Notes: generated from the letters alone by a model not told the origin. 64,000 bases of DNA from Opitutia bacterium (GCA_038125285.1 JAYPDO010000001.1:5605-69604), one strand, 5' to 3'. Numbered from the stretch's first letter, positions 8,511 through 16,652 are shown. A program made the numbers and translations.

Positions 8511-11500
8511 ATGGGACGCGACTGGAACAGTCTGCTGAACCCACCCAAATTCGACGTACCCATATTGAAAATAGAAACCTATCCAATTCGACGTACAATC
8601 CAGCCCGGCCTCCTCGCCTTATTGGGTGTGCTCCTGTCTGCGTGCGGTGACGAGGGGAAAAGCAAACCGGAAGTAGTCGCGGTAGAATCTTCCAATGTGG
8701 CCAAAGTCCCCACTCGCCCGGCGGAAAGTCCGTTTGTCCATCCTGGCCTGTTGTCCACAAAGGCGGATTTGGAGAGGATGGCGGCGAAGGTCGCCGCTGG
8801 CGAGGAACCCTGGATAGGGAGCTGGGACATCCTGGTTCGGAACACGGACGGCTTCCTCCGCCACAACCCGGAAGCCACGCCGACCGTCTACGTGGATTCG
8901 GACAAAGGGAGCAACTTCATCCGCTTGGCCAGGGATGCGGCGCGGGGCTACCAACTCGCGTTGCGGTACCATGGCTCGGGGGACAAGAGGTTCGCGGACA
9001 AGGCGGTGCAAATCTACAATGCCTGGGCAACCACCCACGGCCCGGCAGGGAAAGACCCGGAACCGGACGGCAATTCGGAGGGCTGGTACGGCAATACGAA
9101 TGCGGGGCTCCGGCAAGGCTTGTATGGATACCAATTTGCCTGCGGGGCGGAGTTGTTGCGGGAGTACGAAGGTTGGGACAGGAAGGATTTCAAACGGTTC
9201 CAAGCCTACATGCTGGACGAGTTTTACACGGGCAACAAATGGTTCCTTGAAGCCCGTTACGGGACTGTTCCCACCCACTACTGGGCCAACTGGGTTCATG
9301 CCAACCAGGCCTCCATGATGGCCATCGGGGTGCTTTGTGACGACCGGGCAATTTTTTCCAAAGCCGTGGATTATTTCCACAACGGCCCGGGGAACGAGAA
9401 CATCCGGCAGGCCGTCCAGTTCGTCCATCCGGATGGCCTCGGGCAATGGCAGGAAAGCGGCCGGGACCAGGGGCATTCTTTGATGGGGCCGCAGCTTCTC
9501 GGGACGGTTTGTGAAATTGCATGGAACCAAGGCGTCGACCTCTACGGGGCACAGGACAACCGTTTCTTCGCCGGGGTGGAATACATCTCGAAATACAATG
9601 TCGGGCATGAGGTCCCGTGGACGACCTACGTCTACGTCCACAAACATCCGGGCAAAGAGTTGTTCTGGGTACAAACCAATGTGAATGGCGGAGGCCGGGG
9701 CATCCTCCGGCCAGGTTGGGACCTCGTCTACAACCACTACGTCAACCGCAAGGGGATGGCCGCACCCTGGACAGAAAAGTATGCCCGGCGGAACAGGCCG
9801 GAAGGCGGAGGGTTCAACTTTGGCGGCACCAGCGGTGGGTTTGACGGGCTTGGCTTCACGACCTTGACCCACAGCCTCGAACCGATTGCCAAAGGCGCGC
9901 CTCCAGGTACGCCGAGGGTGGTGGTACAAGGCAGGCAAATAGCCCTTTCCTGGACAGGTTCGGCACATGCGGAAAGCTATGATGTGAAGCGCGCAACCCA
10001 AAGCGGAGGCCCTTACACAACTATTGCCACAACAGGCCGGATGCTCCTTTCCTACATCGACCCGGGCCTGACCGCTGGCACGACCTACTCCTACGTGGTT
10101 TCTGCCAACAATCCGGATGGCACGGTGGCAGACAGCAAGGAAGCCAAGGCCACTGCGGACGGGAAGCTCCACGGGAAGGTTATCGGCACAGAGGGTTCCT
10201 ACAAAAATTCCGGGGCAAGCATCACCACCCTCTTCGACGGCTCTTTCGATAACTATTTCGACCCGCCGACAACCAACGCTTGGGCAGGCATCGACATCGG
10301 GGAAGGCGTCACCGCCAAGGTTACGAAGGTCAAATACGCCCCCCGCAAATACTTCGGCGGACGGATGGTCGGCGGCACCTTCCAAGGCTCCAATACTGCG
10401 GACTTCAGCGAAGGCGTGAGCGACCTGTGCACCATTGCCAACGGGCCACCGGACGGAGTCCTCACCTCCCAGGTTGTCCAGTCAAACACCCCCTTCCGCT
10501 ATCTTCGTTACATCCAAACCACCGGAGAACGCTGGTGCAACGTGGCGGAAATCGAGTTCTATGGTGAAGTCCATGGCCAAGTCGCCCCACAAGCCCCCGC
10601 AGCTCCGGTCGCAGCCCCTGATGAGTCGAAGGTGGATTTGTCCTGGAAATCCGTCCCCAGGGCAACTCGCTACAACATCAAACGCGCAACTTCCCCAGAC
10701 GGGCCGTTCACCCTCATTGCCAATACGGCCGGAACCTCTTTCCGTGACGACGGACTCGCCCCCGGCTCCTACCACTACGTAGTCAGCTCCCTGAACGATG
10801 CAGGCGAATCCCAGGACTCCAAGGTCGCGGGCGGGCAACTCATTGGGAACATAAAGCTGGACGGGGCATCCTTTACCGCAAACGCCCACAGCACCTACTG
10901 GGGGGCGGACACCGAAGGCCCGGCCAAAGCCTTCGACGGGGACAGGAACACCCAGTGGTACAGCGGGGATGGCCATGCCTCTGGATGGCTGCAAGTCCAC
11001 CTCGGTGCTGGCAAGGACGCGACCGTTGCCCGCTACTCCCTCACTAGCTCCAAAGATGTTCCCGGACGCGATCCGAAGGACTGGGAACTGCATGGTTCGA
11101 CTGACGGGAAAAACTGGACGCCCCTGGATAACCGCAAGGACGAAACTTTCGGACGGCGCGGCGAAACCAAAACTTATCCTGTCAGCCGACCCGGTTCATA
11201 CCGCCACTACGGGCTCAACATCCGCTCCAACCAAAGCGGCAACCCCAAGGATGGCATCCAGTTGGCGGAACTCGAGTTCCTGGGGCACAGCAGCACACAA
11301 CCGGTGACCCCCATGAAGACAAAGGAAGTCATTCGGACACAACGGGAAATCACCAGGGCGGAACTGGAGGACAAAGTTGCCGGATACTGGCTCGGCCAAA
11401 TCATCGGCAACTACTTCGGCTTCCCCTTCGAGCTGCTTTACATCGAAGAACCCGTCCCGGTCACGGTCGACAAGTTCTTCACCCAGCGCAACAACGGGAA

Positions 11501-12503
11501 CATCAAAATCAACACCGATTGGCGGGGCAACATGGACCAGCAGGTACGCGATTACCATGGTGCCCCCTCCGACGACGACCACGACCTGGAGTTCCTCACC
11601 CTCCACGGGGTCGAAATGTACGGGCTGGACATCACCTATGAAGAGATTGCCCCCATGCTGGACAAGCATGTCACGCGCATGGTCTGGGTATCCACGGAAC
11701 GCGCGGTCAAAGCCATCCGCAAAGGCGCGATGCCCCCGGCAACCGGGACCATGCAAAACAACCCCTGGTGGCACGACCTGATGGCCTCCATCTCCACCGA
11801 AATCTGGGGTTCCTTTTATCCCGGCATGACTGGCGAAGCCGCCGCCGGGGCGGAATGGTTCGGGCGCATCACAAATGACGATTACGCCCTGTACCTGGCC
11901 AAGTTTTACGCCGCCATGATTAGCGCCGCCTATTTCGAATCCGATTACGACCAACTCCTCCGGCTCGGCATGGCACAAATCCCGCAGGACAACATCTTGT
12001 ACCAAGGCATCCTGGACGTCCAAAAGTGGTGTACGGAAAACCCCGATTGGCGGGTCACCCGGAAGCTGATTTACGAAAAGTACTACAAGAAGGACAAACC
12101 GAAGGACCTGTCCTCCATCGTCGACGCCTTGCCCAACGGCCTCATGGGAATCATGGCCTTGATTTACGCGAAGGGCGATTTTAAGGAAACCTTGTCCATT
12201 GCAACCACTGCCGGGCTCGACAGCGACAACCAACCCGCAACCCTCGGTGCACTCATCGGGGTCGTCAACGGGGCGAAAAACTTGCCGGAAGACTACAAGA
12301 TGATCCACACCGAAAACGCGGCGGAACCCTTCTACGGGACCTACGCCAACCACACCCGCGAAGGCTTACCCGAAAAGACAAAAATCAGCGACATCGTCAC
12401 CCGCATCGCCAATGTGGCCGAAAAGGCCATCCTGGCCAACGGCGGCAAGAAGGTCACTAACGCCAAAGGTGAAACAGCCTACCTCATCCAAGCCGACTTC
12501 TGA
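8511..12503 (+). CDS. Multidomain lipoprotein: alginate-lyase-like domain + FN3 + F5/8-type-C (discoidin/CBM32-like) + FN3 + F5/8-type-C + ADP-ribosylglycohydrolase-family domain
   Basis: Lipobox LLSAC. HPGLLSTKADLERMAAKVAAGEEPW and RDAARGYQLALRYHGSGDKRFADKAVQIYNAW (about 8720-9880). FN3-like SWTGSAHAESYDVKRATQSGGPYTTIA (about 9900-10160) and SWKSVPRATRYNIKRATSPDGPF (about 10590-10830). Discoidin-like FDG...W...IEFYG and FDGDRNTQW...LAELEFLG (about 10170-10565 and 10850-11285). ARH-like GFPFE, SDDDHDLEF, AGLDSDNQPATLGALIGV (about 11340-12500). Confidence 0.9.
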   Translation: MGRDWNSLLNPPKFDVPILKIETYPIRRTIQPGLLALLGVLLSACGDEGKSKPEVVAVESSNVAKVPTRPAESPFVHPGLLSTKADLERMAAKVAAGEEPWIGSWDILVRNTDGFLRHNPEATPTVYVDSDKGSNFIRLARDAARGYQLALRYHGSGDKRFADKAVQIYNAWATTHGPAGKDPEPDGNSEGWYGNTNAGLRQGLYGYQFACGAELLREYEGWDRKDFKRFQAYMLDEFYTGNKWFLEARYGTVPTHYWANWVHANQASMMAIGVLCDDRAIFSKAVDYFHNGPGNENIRQAVQFVHPDGLGQWQESGRDQGHSLMGPQLLGTVCEIAWNQGVDLYGAQDNRFFAGVEYISKYNVGHEVPWTTYVYVHKHPGKELFWVQTNVNGGGRGILRPGWDLVYNHYVNRKGMAAPWTEKYARRNRPEGGGFNFGGTSGGFDGLGFTTLTHSLEPIAKGAPPGTPRVVVQGRQIALSWTGSAHAESYDVKRATQSGGPYTTIATTGRMLLSYIDPGLTAGTTYSYVVSANNPDGTVADSKEAKATADGKLHGKVIGTEGSYKNSGASITTLFDGSFDNYFDPPTTNAWAGIDIGEGVTAKVTKVKYAPRKYFGGRMVGGTFQGSNTADFSEGVSDLCTIANGPPDGVLTSQVVQSNTPFRYLRYIQTTGERWCNVAEIEFYGEVHGQVAPQAPAAPVAAPDESKVDLSWKSVPRATRYNIKRATSPDGPFTLIANTAGTSFRDDGLAPGSYHYVVSSLNDAGESQDSKVAGGQLIGNIKLDGASFTANAHSTYWGADTEGPAKAFDGDRNTQWYSGDGHASGWLQVHLGAGKDATVARYSLTSSKDVPGRDPKDWELHGSTDGKNWTPLDNRKDETFGRRGETKTYPVSRPGSYRHYGLNIRSNQSGNPKDGIQLAELEFLGHSSTQPVTPMKTKEVIRTQREITRAELEDKVAGYWLGQIIGNYFGFPFELLYIEEPVPVTVDKFFTQRNNGNIKINTDWRGNMDQQVRDYHGAPSDDDHDLEFLTLHGVEMYGLDITYEEIAPMLDKHVTRMVWVSTERAVKAIRKGAMPPATGTMQNNPWWHDLMASISTEIWGSFYPGMTGEAAAGAEWFGRITNDDYALYLAKFYAAMISAAYFESDYDQLLRLGMAQIPQDNILYQGILDVQKWCTENPDWRVTRKLIYEKYYKKDKPKDLSSIVDALPNGLMGIMALIYAKGDFKETLSIATTAGLDSDNQPATLGALIGVVNGAKNLPEDYKMIHTENAAEPFYGTYANHTREGLPEKTKISDIVTRIANVAEKAILANGGKKVTNAKGETAYLIQADF

Positions 12504-12505
12504 TT

Positions 12506-12831
12506 TATACTACCCCTCCTCATAATTCCAGAGAATACATCTGTTTTCGGAGCCTGTATTCTTGAAATATCCAACATCCATGGATGAAGCAGGCCTTCAG
12601 CCTGCATATGATTCGCATGCCAAGTCCCAGGACGCTGCCCTGGGCTACGGTGAGTAAGCCCCTTGGGCTTGAGGATATGCCGGTGCGATGCAGGTTTTCA
12701 TCGCAACCATTTGAGCCTGAAGGGCTCGTTCATCGTAGCCTGGGGCAGCGCCCCAGGTTGTATAAGATTATTAATTGCAGGCTGAAAGTCTGCTTCACCC
12801 AAACTCCGAAATTATGAGGTGGGGCAGTATA
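12506..12831. repeat. MITE-like nested imperfect palindrome (no coding capacity recognised)
   Basis: Outer inverted repeat 12506-12527 / 12810-12831 matches 20 of 22 positions. Inner inverted repeat 12586-12606 / 12776-12796 matches 19 of 21. Further internal pairings (cccaggacgctgccctgggctacg vs cgtagcctggggcagcgccccagg). An 8-bp hairpin sits at 12532-12562. The element starts 3 nt after the stop of the upstream gene. Confidence 0.6.
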
Positions 12832-12879
12832 GTACGCTGGAATCCCAGTTTCAGAAGATAGCCGACACCCCCCCCAAGA

Positions 12880-12901
12880 CAAAGTTTAGCAAAGTTTGAC
12901 A
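12880..12901 (+). promoter_or_regulatory. Direct repeat CAAAGTTT x2 overlapping a TTGACA hexamer upstream of parD
   Basis: CAAAGTTT at 12880-12887 and 12890-12897. TTGACA at 12896-12901, about 30 nt upstream of the parD ATG. The layout fits a toxin-antitoxin auto-operator and promoter, which is inference only. Confidence 0.3.
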
Positions 12902-12929
12902 TACATTGGGGCAAGTACAGTTTAAGGTG

Positions 12930-13172
12930 ATGAACATTTCCCTCACTCCTGAATTAGAACGGTCCGTCAAACAAAAGGTGGAATCCGGGCTGTACAACAA
13001 TGCAAGCGAAGTGATCCGGGAAGCATTACGGATCGTCCAAAAGCAGGAACAGGAGAACGATTGGCTAAGACGGGAGGCGGCGATTGGGTTTGCCCAACTT
13101 GAGGCTAGAGAAGTCACTCGGATCAAGTCCAAGGAAGAATTCAAGGATCTGGTCCGAGGGCTTGAAGGGTAA
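12930..13172 (+). CDS. parD: Type II antitoxin, ParD/CC2985 family
   Basis: MNISLTPELERSVKQKVESGLYNNASEVIREALRIVQKQE is the canonical ParD N-terminal ribbon-helix-helix signature. The ATG is at 12930. Confidence 0.85.
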   Translation: MNISLTPELERSVKQKVESGLYNNASEVIREALRIVQKQEQENDWLRREAAIGFAQLEAREVTRIKSKEEFKDLVRGLEG

Positions 13173-13180
13173 CCAATTGC

Positions 13181-13516
13181 ATGGATTTGGAATTTACCGA
13201 AGCCGCCTTGGGGGACTTACGGTCCATCCGGGCATACACCCTTGAAACCTGGGGTGAAAACCAGGAGGAACAATACCTGGAGGAGATGTGGGCAAGGTTC
13301 GAAGAAATCCAGGGGAACCCAGGTCGATGGCGTTCCAGCCCGCAATTCTCACGGAATTTCGTCGCGAGACGCAGCGAACGGCTCCAGGACAAGTCCCGGG
13401 AAATGGAAGACGCCGGGCTGGGTGAGTACACCCTGCTCAAGGATGACATGAGCGGGGCGAAGTCATGGTGCTGTGCAGCAAGTAGTAGCAGGAATTCCGT
13501 GAGAAATGCGGGCTAG
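13181..13516 (+). CDS. parE: ParE/RelE-family toxin, C-terminal half divergent and running into foreign sequence
   Basis: The N-terminal half FTEAALGDLRSIRAYTLETWGENQEEQYLEEMWARFEEI is typical ParE. The C-terminal half aligns only positionally (EDAGLGEYTLLKDDM against the usual ..DG.IEILRVLHGRMD). A 20-aa tail follows before the TAG. Confidence 0.6.
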   Translation: MDLEFTEAALGDLRSIRAYTLETWGENQEEQYLEEMWARFEEIQGNPGRWRSSPQFSRNFVARRSERLQDKSREMEDAGLGEYTLLKDDMSGAKSWCCAASSSRNSVRNAG

Positions 13517-13519
13517 GGT

Positions 13520-13800
13520 ATGGACGAAAGCCGGGTCATCCTAGGGGACGGGAATCACGGGCTGCCGGGAAAGGCTCCGTTCGACCGCATCATCGCCACC
13601 GCAGCCCCGGATCTGGTTTCCCAAGTCTTGTTCGAACACCTGAGGCAGGGAGGCTGGATGGTCATCCCGGTAGGAATGCCACACAGTAAGCAAGTTTGAA
13701 GGTCATCAAAAAAGGATTGGATGGTAGCCATTTGGAAAAAACCGTCGCCGCCGTAGTATTCGTGCCCTTCAACAGCTGCTCCGACCGCACCTCCCGATAG
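13520..13800 (+). pseudogene. pcm: Protein-L-isoaspartate O-methyltransferase, 5'-truncated and frameshifted remnant
   Basis: VILGDGNHGLPGKAPFDRIIATAAPDLVSQVLFEHLRQGGWMVIPVG matches the Pcm C-terminal half. The frame breaks at the T-run 13695-13697 (stop 13697-13699). The +1 frame continues LKVIKKGLDGSHLEKTVAAVVFVPF to the stop at 13798-13800. No N-terminal SAM-binding half is present. Confidence 0.7.
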
Positions 13801-13803
13801 CCC

Positions 13804-14580
13804 TCACTCCACGATGAACCAAGGGTTGAGCAGGTTTTCCTTGTTATACCGGAGTGGTTTGCGGGTTTCGGGGTTGAGGATCTGGCGTCCTGTTTCCAGG
13901 GCAATTGCGTGGGCTGCTGCGGTATCCCATTCCATGGTCGGTGCAAAACGGGGATAAACGTCGGCCTCGCCTTCCGCCACGAGACAGATTTTCAAGGAAC
14001 TCCCCGATGAGAGCAGGTCGATTTCCTTGCCTAGTGACTTGAGGCTTTCAACAAATTCCTCTGTTTCCGGGGACATGTGGGAGCGGCTGGCCACCACGCG
14101 GACTTTGGCGAGCCCGGAATAATGTTCGCCCCCGCCCAGGGGCTGGGTTCCTCCTTCGGGGCTGGTTTTCACTGCGCCCTGCCCTTTGGAGGCATAGTAA
14201 AGCTTGTCTTTCGCCGGCTGATACACCACTCCAAGCGAAGGAACCCCATCCTCGACCAAGGCGATGTTCACAGTGAACTCCCCGTTCTTTTTTATAAATT
14301 CCTTGGTGCCGTCCAAAGGGTCGACCAACCAAAACTGCCGCCATCCCTTCCGGTCGGTGTAGGGTAGATTGAGGATTTCCTCGGAGATGATGGGGATGGC
14401 CGGATAAGTTTCCTTAAGCCCCGCGACGATGATGTCATTGGCCTTTTTGTCAGCTTCGGTCAGGGGTGATTTGTCCACCTTCTCCTCTACGGTAAACTCC
14501 CGTTGGTAGATTTCCATGATAGCCTCACCGGCCTGGAGGACGATTTCAATGATTCTGGAGGGTTCGGGTTGTAGTTCCAT
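13804..14580 (-). CDS. cysQ: 3'(2'),5'-bisphosphate nucleotidase CysQ (inositol monophosphatase family)
   Basis: WLVDPLDGTKEFIKKNGEFTVNIALVEDG, GVVYQP and WDTAAAHA motifs. The preferred start is MELQPEPSRIIEIVLQAGEAIMEIY (ATG at 14580). The track start at 14622 is the alternative. Confidence 0.85.
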   Translation of the reverse strand: MELQPEPSRIIEIVLQAGEAIMEIYQREFTVEEKVDKSPLTEADKKANDIIVAGLKETYPAIPIISEEILNLPYTDRKGWRQFWLVDPLDGTKEFIKKNGEFTVNIALVEDGVPSLGVVYQPAKDKLYYASKGQGAVKTSPEGGTQPLGGGEHYSGLAKVRVVASRSHMSPETEEFVESLKSLGKEIDLLSSGSSLKICLVAEGEADVYPRFAPTMEWDTAAAHAIALETGRQILNPETRKPLRYNKENLLNPWFIVE

Positions 14581-14643
14581 CCTGCCGAACGAAACATCCC
14601 CCAATAGGATCGCAAGCCCCAATCCGTCCTAACCCTTGCCCAA

Positions 14644-14681
14644 TAAAAAAAGTAAGGCACGTCCGGAGAGGGACGTGCCTT
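14644..14681 (-). terminator. Rho-independent terminator on the minus strand with no upstream minus-strand CDS
   Basis: Perfect 11-bp stem aaggcacgtcc / ggacgtgcctt (14654-14664 / 14671-14681) with a 6-nt loop. On the minus strand it is followed by AC-T7-ATTG. On the plus strand no T-run follows. Confidence 0.7.
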
Positions 14682-15095
14682 GACTTTGGGGAAAAAGGTC
14701 GCCGGGGTAAACGAACCTTCAGTACTTCTGGGGTTTACTGAGTGTCAGAGGTGCCTGACAGGATGGGCAACAATTGGGGTTGGGGGGTGTTTGGGGGGGT
14801 GTCGCCCATAGTCAGTCCGTTACAGAGTTGGGGGGTGTTGTTGTGTATTGTTGTCTGACTGGCTCTGTTGCCTAGGGTAGGTTTCTTCGCAAAGTGGCGC
14901 GTTCACAAACTCCACTTAATCATGCACACCCCACTGGCCATGGAAACACCAAGTTATTACAAGTTATTCACATTCAGGGTGCGGGAGGATCCCTGTAACC
15001 CGGCCCAGAGGAGGAAAAACACCCCGTTCACAGTAGCGTGGAAAATGGGTTCTAAGGAACCCTGTTCATACCACTGCAAAAAAAGGTTGAAAGTC

Positions 15096-15104
15096 GGGGG
15101 GGGG
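15096..15104. repeat. G9 homopolymer
   Basis: Nine consecutive G residues at 15096-15104, 22 nt upstream of the panD ATG at 15127. Confidence 0.9.
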
Positions 15105-15126
15105 TAATATTTTGGGACGGCTGAAG

Positions 15127-15462
15127 ATGTTGGTCACATTATTAAAATCAAAAATCCTGCGCGCCAAGGTCACGGACTCCAACCTCCACTACGAGGGTAG
15201 CCTTGGCATTGACAGCGCTTGGATGGAAGAGGTGGGTTTGTTCCCCTATGAAAAGATACTGGTGGGGAATATCAACACGGGCGACCGTTTTGAAACCTAT
15301 GCCATCCCGAGGGATGCCGGAAGCAGCGCCATCGAACTCAACGGTGCTGCAGCCAGGCTTGGGGAAAAGGGCGACTTGCTTGTGATCCTTGCCTTTGCCC
15401 AAGCGGAGGCTTCGGAGGCTTCGGGCTGGAAGCCCAAAGTCCTGGTGATGAAAGGCAACTGA
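15127..15462 (+). CDS. panD: Aspartate 1-decarboxylase
   Basis: [29 protein letters not shown] contains the G-S self-processing site. The track start at 15112 is TTG; the ATG at 15127 matches the usual PanD N-terminus. Confidence 0.9.
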   Translation: MLVTLLKSKILRAKVTDSNLHYEGSLGIDSAWMEEVGLFPYEKILVGNINTGDRFETYAIPRDAGSSAIELNGAAARLGEKGDLLVILAFAQAEASEASGWKPKVLVMKGN

Positions 15463-15521
15463 CCCCCTTCCATACCAAATCCCCTTTTCAAAAAATAATA
15501 GTAGAATTTTCCCTGATAGAA

Positions 15522-16601
15522 ATGAGTTACAAATTGTACATCCCAGGCCCGATCGATGTGTCGGCCGACACCTACAAGGCGATGACCACCCCCGTGGTCG
15601 GGCACCGAAGTGCAGACTTTGTGGAGCTCTACAACGCCATCCAACCCGGCTTGCAAAAGCTTTTTGGCACCAAGGATCCCGTCTTCATCAGTACCAGTAG
15701 TGCCTGGGGGGTGATGGAAGGCTCTTTGCGGAACGTTACCGCCAAAAAAGTGCTCAACTGCATGTGCGGTGCATTTTCCGACAAGTGGCTCGATGTTGCC
15801 CGCCGTTGTGGGAAAGAGGCCGGAGGGCTCCAAGTTGAATGGGGGAAGCACATCGACCCGGAAGACCTTCGCAAGGCATTGTCCTCCGGGGAGTATGATT
15901 CCATAACCCTGGTTCATAACGAAACTTCCACAGGGGTCATGAACCCCTTACCCGAAATCATGGCAGTGCTGAGGGAATTCCCTGATGTCATTTCCATCGT
16001 GGATACGGTCAGCTCCTGCTCTGCCGTACCCATCCCGAAGGACGAACTAGGGATCGACATCATGCTTACCGGCTCCCAAAAAGCGATCGCACTCCCCCCA
16101 GGTCTGGCACTATTCTCCGTCAGCCAGCGCGCCCTCGACCGGGCAGCCAAAGTGGAAGGCCGCGGCTACTATTTCGATTTCCACGAATTCCTCAACAACC
16201 ACGAGAAAGGCATGACTCCGAGCACACCGGTCATCCCACACATTTACGGCCTAAGCCACCAACTCGGCGTCTTTGAAGCGGAAGGCTTGGAAAATCGTTT
16301 TGCCCGCCACGAGGCGCTCAATAACATGGTGCGCAACTGGGTGAAAAAGAACGGCTTCGAACTCTTGCCTGAGGAGCAATACGCCGCCAAAAGCCTGAGC
16401 TGTGTGAAAAATACCCGGGGTCTTGACATTCCTTCACTCAACCGTCTTTTGAAAGAACGCCACAATTGTGTGATCGACGGGGGTTACGGCCAGCTCAAAG
16501 GCAAGACTTTCCGGATTTCAAACATGGGCAACGAAACAAAGGAGACCATTGGCGAGCTACTCGGCAACCTCGACTCCCTGGTCAAAGAACTCCTTGGCTG
16601 A
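15522..16601 (+). CDS. Class V aminotransferase (alanine-glyoxylate / serine-pyruvate type)
   Basis: YIPGPIDVS, VHNETSTGV and TGSQKAIALPPGLA (PLP-lysine region) motifs. Confidence 0.85.
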   Translation: MSYKLYIPGPIDVSADTYKAMTTPVVGHRSADFVELYNAIQPGLQKLFGTKDPVFISTSSAWGVMEGSLRNVTAKKVLNCMCGAFSDKWLDVARRCGKEAGGLQVEWGKHIDPEDLRKALSSGEYDSITLVHNETSTGVMNPLPEIMAVLREFPDVISIVDTVSSCSAVPIPKDELGIDIMLTGSQKAIALPPGLALFSVSQRALDRAAKVEGRGYYFDFHEFLNNHEKGMTPSTPVIPHIYGLSHQLGVFEAEGLENRFARHEALNNMVRNWVKKNGFELLPEEQYAAKSLSCVKNTRGLDIPSLNRLLKERHNCVIDGGYGQLKGKTFRISNMGNETKETIGELLGNLDSLVKELLG

Positions 16602-16652
16602 CCCAACCTTACACCTATACTAAACTCCCCGGCCCCCCTGCAAAACCAACTT

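Noticed and set aside
8619-10385. Very long antisense ORFs. Examples: 588 aa at 8619-10385, 385 aa at 11196-12353, 346 aa at 16710-17750, 347 aa at 26282-27325, 483 aa at 32166-33617, 355 aa at 35805-36872 and 378 aa at 61188-62324.
   Set aside because: Each lies opposite a gene with clear family motifs. Their translations are Gly/Ala/Val/Asp/Glu-rich with no recognisable motifs. This is the usual shadow-ORF effect in GC-rich DNA with GC-biased third codon positions.
12584-12817. 77-aa ORF inside the palindromic element as a real gene.
   Set aside because: It lies entirely within nested inverted repeats, and its sequence is dictated by the palindrome arms. No start context or family resemblance supports it.
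14690-15110. Tested whether the spacer is RNase P RNA, tmRNA, SRP RNA, or a SAM-I or cobalamin riboswitch.
   Set aside because: None of the hallmark strings I know was present on either strand (GAGGAAAGUCC, the tmRNA 3' T-arm and CCA-type end, the GGAAGCAGCC apex, SAM-I or B12-box cores). It remains unclassified and is reported as a finding.
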